Part shown: in pieces, positions 1 to 12,600 of the stretch
Numbering within the stretch: the stretch's first letter is position 1
Layout of the letters: the number at the start of each line of letters is the position of its first letter
Notes under the pieces: model-generated
Told to the model about the DNA's origin: nothing
The model's input: only the letters and a program-made list of their open reading frames with translations
The model's database searches: none
Assembly (NCBI RefSeq): GCF_964194025.1
Contig: NC_134472.1
Coordinates: 66,464,001-66,528,000, forward strand
DNA from: Convolutriloba macropyga
Taxonomy: Eukaryota
Length of the DNA stretch: 64,000 nucleotides
Reading direction: 5' to 3'
Program-made: the position numbers and the translations under genes

Positions 1-1958
1 TGCACAATATTTTTTTTCAAGTCTAATTTTCACTTTTTCGGTATTAATTTGAAATTTTAAATCCAAATTTAGTCGATTGCTATTTTTCTGCCGAAATGGC
101 AGTTTTTTTTCTATGAAATGGCAGTTTTTTTCTTTAATATTTTCATCATTTTTATATCACTTCCGACCATGTAAATTTGCCGATGAAGCTCCAATAGGCA
201 TGAAAGTCACCGATACAAAAAAAGATCTATTTAGGAAAAGTAGACACAATTAGTGCAGGAGCTTGCACAAAAAAATTTTCGAAAAATTGCCGATAGAAAT
301 ATGAACAAGTATTAGAATCTGCTTTACTGAAAATTTTCCTGATCTCTGTCAGATGAATTTCTCATATTGTGTAGTGAAATAAATATGAACAACAGTTATC
401 TAATTTTCTTTTTTCATCGCCGACTGAAGTAGCACTGACTCTGCAAGGGAAGTATTTATCGTATCTAGATATTTTTTATGTTACATAAAGACTTATGTTT
501 TAAATTATCAAGACTACCCGAGTTGAAAACAAGAGTTGATTTTCAAAATCTTGCAAGAATTTTTCAAGAATCTTCCAAGACGGTTAGTTCTTGAAAACTT
601 CTGGTAAAAACTTTAAGATTAAAGTTCGTTTTTGACTAAAATAGGATCTGTTGGAAATACACATGAACTTTTTTTTTAAAAAAAAAACATTTTTTATATT
701 TTTCGAACTGTTACAGAAGAAACAAATAACAAAACGACCCAACTTTTTCTTTTTTATCATTGCTCCTTTAGTTAGTTAACTTTAATAAAGATATTTTCAG
801 GCGCATCGGTTATCGCATAAATGAAATTGGAAAATCAATTAATTGTATTAACACAGGACCATGCACAGCAATAACTTCATATAATAGTTTATATAAAAAT
901 GGAATTGCCCAAATGCATGTACACTGAGGTCAATGCAGTTACCCGTGAAAAGTTCACGATGTCAATTTTGACGACCTCTTAAGGATTTATCACAAATACA
1001 AACAAAACTTTGTTTACTAAATTGATATAACTTCGCGATTGAACTGACTGACCCACTAACCTGAACTTGTTGACATTTTCATTTTGTGAATAAAACAAAC
1101 AAAATTTAGAGTTTATTATAACTATGAGCAAAGGTGTTAATAGTTTAAGATACTTGGTGAAATTTACTAATTATGAGGCAATATAACTTTGTATATATAT
1201 CTAGAATTTTTTTGTTGAAGATGTTTATTTCCAAAGATTGAAGCTAATTAGCCAAACAGAATGAAAAGCGGATGTTTTGATGGTGAAATGCTTATTGCTA
1301 TCAGTACGGACTCGTTTACCGGAGCGGAGAAAGAAGGGAATAAAATTGAAAACCAAGGAAAAGGGGGAAATTCTGTTGGGAAAAGAAGGTGCTGTTCCAA
1401 TTGGTCATAAACAATTCACGCTTGCCTGAACTGTTTTCTTTTCCTCAATTTTTTTTTGAATTCACACATTGGAGGCAAAAAATAGAGAAAGCAAATTTTC
1501 AAATATTGCTTTTTTCGGGTCATTTTGTGATAACCAAAAGTAAATAATCTTGTTATGACAAAATAATTACTTGAGACCTGACGTGACATTTCATATTACT
1601 TGATGCGAAAAGTTCAATTTTAGCAAAATAGTAAAATAACTAAGCGTGAAAAAAGACAAAACATGTGACACGTGACAACCTAGTTTGTTCATATTAGCTC
1701 AAATTGAGATACAATGACTGTCAACTCTCGAGAAAACCTTGAACACTCTCAAAACATTATAAAAAACCACAAATGGGCTTTGTATAGATTTGAGATGTCT
1801 GCCTTTTCAATTATAGATTAAATCACGATTGAACAAAGTTGGGTGTATTTGATTTTATCATATAAAGAACAATAAATATACCGGACAATTTCAAAAAAAT
1901 TTTCCGTATTAAAAAGGCATACCACATATTTGTAGCCAGTATTTTAGAACCAGAATGA

Positions 1959-4024
1959 AACAAGGAGGCTCAACTATGTGCGTTCGCAAAGAATAATCCG
2001 ACGCCGCTCATCCATATTTTCGGCCTAATCGTCTACCAAATGAGGAAGAGATAGAAAAGTTTCAGTAATTCAGGTATTTTTAGAAAATAACTGGTGTATG
2101 AATAAAAAATTGCGTCAAACTCAAATAACTCAGTGGAATTTTAAAAAAAACCACATTAGAGGGCCATGAAGATTTCTTTATTAAGAATACAAGACAAGAC
2201 GAACAACAAAATCAAATAACAACATCAAACATTAATAGCATCTGAAACTCGATTTCTATCTCGATTTCTATTTATAGAAAAAGAAAAACTTAACAACAAA
2301 GACTAAATAGAATTTAAAAACCTAAACCAAAAAAAAATTAGTTCATTGTTTATCACTAGAAACGACATGGAGCAGTTTTTAATGCGACTTGGTAACAAAC
2401 AGACAAAAAACGACAAACGCGGCTAACTTAAAAACTACCCCAATAACTTTTGAAACAAATGGTTCCAAAGTAATGAAAACCATTAGACATGAACTGAAAT
2501 CATTAATTTCGTTTGTAATACAAGTATTTATCACCTCATAAGATTAAACGTTGGTACTTGTCAATATTCAGATTTCATTCATACGACTACAAAAAAAACA
2601 AATACAAAAAAATAAAAAACTCAGAAAAATACAGAAAAATAAAAGGAAAAAATTATTCGAGAAAGCTGTGTCAAGGCCGTTTTGACCATGACCTTTGTTT
2701 TGCGAATGGGAAATCTTTGCTTGCGCGTTTTAACGTCAATAAAGTGAACCGTGAAAACTCATTAATGAGACTAACAGGCAGACAATGAAAGAGCAGTAGT
2801 TAAAAACAACGTTTGCATTTTTCGGAAAAAAAAATAATTTGAAGGTAATGAAAATCAATTGCTGTAAAATGAAAACAAAAGTTAGGTTTGTTTGTTCTTC
2901 TAATTAAAACCCTTAAACATTTTTTGACATGAATATGTCTTGCGTCTAGAAAAAGAACGTCAAAGAGACAAACGAATCAAAAAAATATTTTAAATGAAAA
3001 ACCAACGTCAAAGCCATTAAAAACATATTGAATTAAATCGTAAGAAATGTTCTATTTTGTCTTCCGTTTGTCAGCAGCGTGATTTGTGAACTGTGTTCAA
3101 CGTGTTTAGGTAACAAATATACAAAAAAGAGCAGAAGTTGCAAAACTAAAAATAAAATTGAAATTAACTCCTTTCAAAGTCATCAAAACTTTCATCGAAA
3201 AATTAAAACTATAAAACATGTTCATTTGTGTCTCAAGAAGAAGACTTGTTGACTTGTCATTAATCAGAAAATGTCATACGTTAAAAAAACGTCAAAAAAG
3301 ACAGAAACCAGAACAAAAAATTCGAATAAACTGTGTCATAACAGTTATAACCATTATCACTTCGCTGAAAAATTCAGATACGTTCATAATTATCACTTTC
3401 TTGTCAACAATAAAAGGATAAGTGACCAGTGAATAGTAACAATAGGTATTTAGTGAAAATGGCGAAAAAGAACAGGATGCAATGTCAAGAAATACTTCAA
3501 TTTTTTAAACAAAATTTTTCATGAAAACCATCAGTTATCAGTTCAACTCAATCAATAGGATCAAGTCGTGTCATCAGAATGTATCAAACATTTACGAAAG
3601 AACCTCAAAAATAGACAAAAATTGAAACTAAAATTAAATTTGTGCAAAAACAAGCGTCGGAGTCGTTAAAACCATAAATTCACTAAAAAAAAGCTTTCTT
3701 CAATTGCGCTATTTTTTTGATGCCAAAAGCGTAATATCTGACCGTTAATTTTTAACCTGGGTAATAAAAAGACAAATTAAAACAAAAAATGCAAAGTAGG
3801 AAATGCTCCCGTTTTAAAACATTTATATTCAAAGTCATGGAAATTTATCAGCTGAGAATTGAAACAATTAAATTTTTTCGTTCATTTTTCCCCGAGGAAA
3901 CTACTAAGCAGATTTTGTCATACGTTTAATAAAAGAATTTTAATTACCTAAGAAAATCAAAAAACAGTATAACTTTTTTTGCGAAAAACAGTGTTCGAAG
4001 CTATTAAAACCATAATCACTGCAT

Positions 4025-4074
<50 letters not shown>

Positions 4075-5316
4075 AATGTGCCTCCCTTTGACGCTAAAAT
4101 GTGATATGTGACATGTTATTAATTAGGCTACTGTGAGAAAAGCTTTAAAAACACCTTTCCTCCATTTTTCTGAATCTTCCGTTTTTCATGGTATAAATAA
4201 CTCTTTTTCTACTGTGGAATTGTGTTTTATTCTCTTCCATGTTTTCGATATTTAGAAAGTCAGTAGATAAGTGGCCAAAAACGCAAATTTTTCTGGGTTG
4301 TGACAATTTGTAGAGAAATCGGTACAAAAATTGTTAACTGCATTTTGACACGTTCTACCACTGTCCTTTTCCTACAATTGTTTGATAAATAGTGTATTTT
4401 CTGATAATTTTTGTTCGCTCTAATATTGTTGCTAGTAAAACACCATGCGTGCTGTCTGTTGAGCTTTGAAAATTTTAGTAAGCATTGTCAACATGATACA
4501 AAAGACAAAAAACATGAAAAATTCGAAACGATGACATATCTGTATCCTGATAATTTTTTAAACTTGAGTGAGTTTTCCCACTCTTGTCGTAGTTTTTGTT
4601 TCCTTAAGATGCACAATCAGTTATTTTTTTCAGAAAGACTTGATAGCAATTGAGCTAAAGATGCCTTTTCAAAACATTACAGAAAAAATGTTTTCAGACT
4701 GTTATATGTAATATTTAGAATGCAGGTATCATAAAAATCATCATTTGAATCGTCTGAAAACTATTCTCTGCATTTGTCCAAAGATAGAGAAAATACAAAA
4801 ACAACCAATGTAGATCAAAAGAGAACAAAGGCGAAAATTGATGTTAGTTAGTAAATACGGGCAGGAAACAGGCTAAGTTATCGGAAAGTTTTCAACATAT
4901 TTTAAAAAGAACGTTGCTTCAATTAGTTCAACAGCCCTTGATCAACTCGAAGCTTGAGAACAACCAAATTTTGCTTATAAAAAATTTCAGCGAAATAAAC
5001 CATAATTTAAATAAAAAGTTCTGAAAAAGTGAACAGAAATACTCAATATTTGCACAAAATTCACCAGAAAATTCACAAAATTCAACAGTTGAACCTTTGA
5101 GCTTTGAACCTGGACAACTCGTCAAAATGAGACACTGAGTTCAAAAGCATCGCAGTTAACAAATTGTGAGCTCGACGGGCTTTTCCAATTATTAAACTTG
5201 TGTCTTTCTACGCGAATTAAATCGGTCGACCAAAATTGACTGAAAAATGCCAGCTGAGTGTATAGATTCACAGCCCCCCCCCCCCCCCCCCCCCCCACAA
5301 GTGCGGTACAAACAAA
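1959..5316 (-). mobile_element. Non-autonomous Helentron/Helitron2-like element, family A, copy 1
   Basis: Homologous in reverse orientation to 18913-21100 and 30655-33512. The 3' end reads hairpin + GCCTCCTTGTT on the minus strand, and the 5' end has the G-tract (poly-C at about 5274-5296 on +). Boundaries are approximate. Confidence 0.55.
4028..4071. repeat. (TA)n microsatellite
   Basis: Pure TA run. Confidence 0.95.
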
Positions 5317-6086
5317 AATCCAAGGATTTTACTTTCGGCGGCTAGTTGCTTATTCTGGCAACCTATTTTTTGCTTCTTTTTGTTATTCTGCATCTTTTTG
5401 TCAGTAAAAACGAGGTGAACTTCCATTGTCATAATCTGAAAGACAAAATATACTAATTATTCATATCGACAGTGGGGGGGGGGGGGGGGGGGCATTTTTC
5501 AGAATTCATTGAAACTCAATTAGAGCCGTATCAATTATATCAATTAGAGTCAATTTATCAGTTTAATAAATGTAGTATAAAATTAGTCGATTGTTAAAAG
5601 CCGTGTATGAATGATGAGAAACAATACAGAGTTCTAACATATGTAAACTAATTTTTTTCGTCATTCAGTTTGTTCACTTGATTGAAGTACGACTTGATTC
5701 ATAAAACGTTGTCCTAATGTATTATTCGTTCATATATTGTTCTTCATTAAGAGCATCAGATTAAATAGTACAATATAGTAGAATTTCTTCATGTTCTGAT
5801 CTTTGCCGATGATACTTTTATTATTGTAATTTAATTATGAACATGTAAGTATGAACGTTTAACTATGAACTCAGCTTTTAAAAACATATTACTGCCAATT
5901 ACAAAACAGCCATTCAAAACTTTTAAGACATTCACTTTCTTGTAGTCACAGAAAAAATTGGGTTTATTTTTTTTTAGTTTGACTTATTTATAATTTGAAA
6001 AGAACGCAAATCTATCATATCATTGTTATCAGTTTTGTTACCATAAATCGATTTTTTTTGCATAGTTATTCTTCAAGCCGTAGAAC

Positions 6087-6591
6087 ATGCGTGTAAAAGC
6101 GATATTTTCTGCTTTCGTGGTAGTAATCGTTATTGCCGTTGGCATGAATGTTTCATATTATTCATTCAAGTCCAAATTTGGGTTTACTCCAGTTAAAGAT
6201 GTCCCAAAAGAAAGTATGTGCGGGAAAACAATTCAGCTTCAACCCATTCCAGCATCAAATCCAGACGAAAATAATCAGATGTTTTTTGTAGATGCTTCAC
6301 CGACACCAAAATTTAAAGGCTGGAACTGTTTCCTATGCCCCGGGGAAAATAGGACCATAGTTTGGGACTGGAAAATAATCTACGGTCACATTCTACTAGG
6401 AAATAAACATCCCAAGAATTAAACCCGGAGGAAAAAAACCCTCCTTTTACAGTCAAGTGGAGATTCAATTTTTTGGGCTTTTTCCTACATAAATTTGGGT
6501 GTGTTTTCTTTTCCGTTAGGTCTCCGATGTTATTGAAACTTAAAAATATCACACTTAATCATATATAATCACATATAAATATCACCCTATA

Positions 6592-6664
<73 letters not shown>

Positions 6665-9600
6665 GAATATATAAAAAGTTTGTGATTTTTTTCATTCAGT
6701 TAAGCTGACGAAAATTAACTTTTATTCACAGGGGTAAAAGGAAACAGATCCGAAGGTCGAGTTATGTGTGCGTTTGAGTCAGCTATAGTTCTTGGAAAAC
6801 TTCCCGTGAAAGTTATCGTGATAGCGAAAAATTTTACAATCGATCATCCAGCACTTTGTTCCTTGTTTGATAAGTTCTACCCAGAAAAGCTTAATTTTTA
6901 TTCCGTGGATTTTGACGAACTTTTCAGGGGAACCTCTTTGGAGGGAATTAAGGCTGATAGAAGGCAATCGAAGCCAGTGTTTACTAATATGAGTGATATG
7001 ATGCGAGCAGCGATACTTTATAAGTACGGTGGATTTTATTTCGATCAAGATGTAGTCACTCTCAATGACCTCAGAGGACTCCGTAACATCCTTGTCATGG
7101 ACAACATCCTTACGTAAGATATATCCATTTTGTAACTAAATCTTTTCACTTTATGAGTCTTAAAAGCAAATCAGCGGAAAGACTGCAATGCGAGAACCAT
7201 GCAACATCTGATCAGACACATTCAAACTCTGAACAGTCGTATTCAAACTCTGAACAGTCATATTCAAACTCTGAACAGTCATATTCAAACTCTGAACAGT
7301 CATATTCAAACTCTGAACAGTCATATTCAAACTCTGAACAGTCATATTCAAACTCTGAACAGTCATATTCAAACTCTGAACAGTCATATTCAAACTCTGA
7401 ACAGTCATATTCAAACTCTGAACAGTCATATTCAACCGGAGACCAAACATATATAAACTCTGATCCAGACATGTTCGTCAGACGTGTTGATGATAACTGG
7501 TCTGACAAATCTCAACTCTGACCAGACCCATGACCCTCAACCTTTATCAGACTTGTTCAATCTCTGTGAGACTTTTCATGTGGCAAAAAATCTTGGAATA
7601 ATTTGCGAGACAGTGGACTGATCTAACATAGGGTTAAAGGTCATTGTGCTCAAGGCACAGCGAACAAGTTTCTAGTAAACTAAATTCAGTGATATAAAGT
7701 CATATTCAGTCTCCCTTTAGCCGAGAATTACTGCTTTACACGTTTATTTGGCGGGAACATTCCCAATTTTGACGGGAAAATTTTCAAGTTTTATAATAAT
7801 TCGGGAAGAGTGAACCCATATTATAAATTAAAAAGGTGCAAATGATGTAACAGGCAAACCAGGGGGTAGCTCACAATGCCTAGAACAACTTTCCGAGAAA
7901 AAAAAACAGGCAAATAAAGGCTGAAGAGCAAGGTTTTTACCTTGAAAACTCGTACAGATCAAGTTTTCCAGGCAAATTGTCCAAAGTTTGTCCCAATTCC
8001 ATATCCCGGGTGGTATGAGCATCCACACCGGGTCCTTGACTTTCAACGAATTGCACTGTTTAGGGCAATTCTTTCGATTTGTCATGGTAGGATGATGCTA
8101 CTCCTTAACCAGAGGTTTTCAGATGTGGTTTACAAGCTGCTGTACATCACAACGTGAAGGAAGCTGGATGCTGGCATGTTTGAGGAAAAGTCACCTGTTA
8201 GCAGTGAACTGTAGGGTTTTTGTACCAGAAACTGTTTGGGTTAATTTTTTCTTCATTGTCTGGTACTTCGTTATCTGGTTCATTGTTAGCTACATGCGGA
8301 AGCATGCTTTGTGTTGATACAGAGAGAATAAACGCTGTTTATCATTCTAGGCTCAAGAATGACGCAATTGACGTTTTCTAAATAAGACTGGTAGAGATCA
8401 GAGCCAAATTAACTTCAGAGCCAAAAGGAGTGACAGCAATCCGTCGGCTCTTGTTGTTAATGACGCCGTCTGGAACCTGAATGATATGAGTCCTCGTCAT
8501 GTTTGGCCTCTGGAGCCTTTGTTAGGGGTGTATCCTGGAATAAATTGACCACAATGTGTGGTGAAGGTTAAAATGAAAAACGGTACGTCTGTTCGTCAGG
8601 TTTCCGAACTCGCATGCGTTCTGGCTGATTAAATCCTTCTTCCAATTTTTTCGGAACTGTTTCTTGGGTTACCCGCACTTCGACTATCTCTTCAAACAAC
8701 TTTCAGGTGTGTTTTGGAGCCTTCTCTTCCTGGAGCATGTTGCCATTAAAGTCGCAACATCAAGAAGCGTGAGAAGTTACTGCATTAAAAATTTTACTAA
8801 TAACCTCGAAAAGGTAAATCGGTTGCCCGCAAACATGCATTTTCACTTTATGAGTCTTAAATGTAGTCATCAGAAGATTTTAACAAAAATTTCTGCTGAC
8901 TAACATAAAAATCTGACCAAAATATTTGTTTTGCTTTATATACAGAACAAATAATTGTAATACAAAATATGCGCTAAATGCATAGATTTCATGTTTCTAG
9001 AGAGGTAGTTTCAGTGATTCAATCATGTTTGGTCTCTCTTAGTGGAGATTCACCGCTTTTCACGTTTACTTGGACAATGCCAAGTTTCTGTCTCTGGGAA
9101 GAGTTTCAATTAATTAAAAAAAGGCATCGGTCATCTGCAACTGATTCATCATCAACAGTCATGATAATGATCACCCATTGAAAACAATTTTATCTGTCGA
9201 TACTTAATTTAAAAGTTTTGATGAATGTAAAATTGAAGCTCTTTTTCTTATACTAAACTGCGTGCTTTTGAGTTTGCCGCCTCAGTTTTTTTACAGCAAT
9301 TTTTACAATTTAATGAAGAATGAAAAAACTACGAGAACATCTTTGAAACGATCAGTCAAGATCGATCTAATTAACACAAAATGTAAACCTTGTCGACATA
9401 TGTTTCAAGTATTTGGCATATTTTGACATTCATAGTCTTTGTGACTGAATATAATTCAGTCGATTTTTTTCTTTTGCCTCCGTTTCTGTAGAAATTTCAT
9501 ATCGAACTGAAAACATAATCTGTTGACTGAAAATAGGTATCTCGTAAAGAACTTTATTCACTTTTTTTTCCAATTTTTGACGACTTTACGAGAAAGTGCT

Positions 9601-12600
9601 ACAATTTTTTATCCTGCAAAAAAGTTCTGAAAAGGAAATTCTGGAATAAAAAAATCCCTTCTCTAATTTTTCTTGTATAAAGGAATTGAAATGAAAAGAA
9701 CTGTAGAACACATAAGCAATTATTTAAAATTTAAATTCATTTCAAAGAAAAATAACTGGAACGCGTAATTGTGTCATCTCTAAAAAATTTGGAACAATTC
9801 AATGAATTTGAGAGATTGTCACTTTATATTAAATGAACAACAGACACTGAACATGATTGGCTCACTACAAATCAGATATTTGAACAGTGGTTTTTTTCAA
9901 TTTCTCCATTAGAGCACGCGGAGCTGTATATCGGACAAATAAAACGAAAAACGATAATTTTTGCGTTAATGAGAACCAACGAGAGAAGAACTCGACCAGA
10001 ACAAAATCCCCAAAATAATGCAAGATAACGAGCCGTCTTGCAAAAGCAGATCTTGCACAGCAGTTAGCATTAATCTTGCAAGATCTTGCGAGTCATCCAT
10101 TCGTTTTACAAGATCAGATCCTGCAGGCTGGGCATTAATCTTACAAGACCTTAAAAGATAACCATTTGTTTTTCACCATCAGATCTGCACATTGTACTTT
10201 ATTCCTGCAAGATCTTGCATGAGAACCACTCATCTAGCAAAATCCATTTTACGGTGAGCATTAATCTTGCAAGATCTAGCAAGTTAACTCTTCGGCTTGG
10301 AAAATGATATTTTGCACGCTGAGTATTAATCTTACAGGATCTTGCAAGATCAGATCTTTCATGGCACGTATTAATCTTGCAAGATGGTCTTTCAATGTTA
10401 ACATTTGTCTTGCAAGATCAGATCTTGCGCGGTGGGCATTAATCTTGCGGGACGATCTTTCAATGTGACCGATTATCTATCAAGAGCAGATCTTGAACGG
10501 TGGGCATTTTTTGCGAGATCTTGAAATAGAGTTACCCGTCTCTCAATATCAGATTCTTGACGGTTAGCACTAATGTCGCACGCTCTAGCAAGTGCTAGTT
10601 AACTATTCGAGAATGTTCGTTGGAAAATGATATTTCTCATGCTGGGTTTTAGGCTTATAAGATCTTTTAAGATAATCACCCATCTTCCAAGATCAGATCT
10701 TGCACGGCACACATTAATCTTGCAAGATGATCTTTCATTGTTAACTTGAATTGCAAGATCAGATCTTGCACTGGGGGCGTTAAAGTTGAAAGAAAAAAAT
10801 ACTAGTCTTGCAAGCCAGGCTTTAATTTTTGAAGATATTGGACTGTATACATTGGTCCCATTAACTTTGCAAGATCTTGCAAGATAACCATTGGGCTAGC
10901 AAGATCAGATCATGACCAGTGGGCATTATTTTTGAAAGATATTTATTCGTAATGCAAGATCAGATCTTGCACAGTGGGCATTAACCTTGCAAGCTCTTGC
11001 AAAAATAACCATTTGTCTTGCAAGATCCGATTTTTTTACGGTGGGCATAAACCTTGCAAGATATTGCAAGGTAATTATTCATCATGCAAGATCAGATCTT
11101 GCACGGTAGGCATTAATTTTGCACACCTTGCAAGATAACCATTTGTCTAGCAAGATGATATCTTTCACGGTAGGCATTAACCTTGCATGATCTAGCAAGG
11201 CAACCATTTGGCTCGGAAAAAGGTATTTTGCACGCTGGCAATAATGTTAAAGATCTAGCAAGATAACCATAAGAACACATCTGGTACAGTGGGAATTAAT
11301 CTTGCAAGATATTCATTCTTCTTGCATGATCAGATCTTACACGCTGAGCTTTATTCTCACAAGATCCTACAAGATAATCAACCGTCTTGCAAGATCAGAT
11401 CTTGCACGGTGGGCATTAATCTTGCAAGAGCTTGCAAGATAAGCATTCGTCTTGCAACATCAGATCTTGCATGGTGGGCATTAATTCATTAATTGTGCAA
11501 GATCTAGCATTATTAAAATTATAGCTAGAGTCGTTCCTAATAATCATCGTGCCTTTACTATGTTGACTGCATTTGAATTTGAGATTGACTTTTACAGACG
11601 TATTTCAGGATCCATAAAATAACTTTTTTTCTGTATCCCGAATTAATAAATCACAGCAAGAAAATTACTATCCTCAATGCGCGAAATGACTAATATTCCA
11701 CAGTCATTCCCGGCTATTATGTGGATTTTAACGGCTTGGAATTATACTCATTTCCCATAATTGCACGTCGAGAACGTTCTGATTCCTTAAAAAACGTTCA
11801 TAGCTCCCATTTCTGAAAATTAAAAAAAACTTCGTCAATATTTATTGTCTAAGTTTGGAAAACGGAAAAAAAGCAATTTGACGGTTATTGGCCTTTTACG
11901 GTCATTGACGGTCATTTGACGGTCACCCTTAAACTACAGGTCAAAAATGATCGTTTTAATAAACATTGGGCAAAAATTTGACATGGCTTAAGTTACTGTG
12001 TTATTAAATGTTTCAGGTATCCGAATGAGAAATGCGAGGCGACATCGGTTGAGAAGTCGAACATGTTGAATCAAGGCACCATGCACTTTGAAAAGGGCAA
12101 CAAGTTTCTTGACTCCTATTTGAAAGTTCAAAATCACTCCTGGACAAAGCAATTCCACCCCGTTGGTCTTGGACCTGTTGCAATGCACACGGCAGCATCC
12201 CGGTTTTTCGGCTACGAAGGCAAACTATCTAGCCCAATGACCAGTAAGATATTTTTTCTTTTCCACGAGTCCGCAAATATGTTATTTTCTAAAATTTTGT
12301 TGCAAAAAGTTTTGTTTGTCCCATTAGGATAAAAACATTAATTTTCATTTTATAGAACAGCGTTTCAATTAAACACGTTGTTCGACGATAACTGTTTTCG
12401 TACTTAGCGCACTTAATTGAATCAAAGATTTCAAAATTTTTTCACCGCTTTAGAGAAAATTTAGAAATTTTTTATAAGAGTGTACTTTACACAAACATCA
12501 CCAAATTGCAACGGGCCATTCGTTCCGTTTCACCCATCATTTTCCAAAATGAATCTTAAAACGTACAAATTTGGCTTTAAATGCGAAATATGGTTACAAA

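Noticed and set aside
2558-5125. Numerous 60-100 aa Lys/Phe/Asn-rich ORFs here and in other repeat regions
   Set aside because: They lie within AT-rich non-autonomous repeats, show compositional bias only, and are not conserved as ORFs between repeat copies.
7153-7521. Four overlapping repetitive ORFs; CRISPR-like appearance
   Set aside because: A 21-bp head-to-tail minisatellite with no spacers, inside an intron. The ORFs are a by-product of a unit length divisible by 3.
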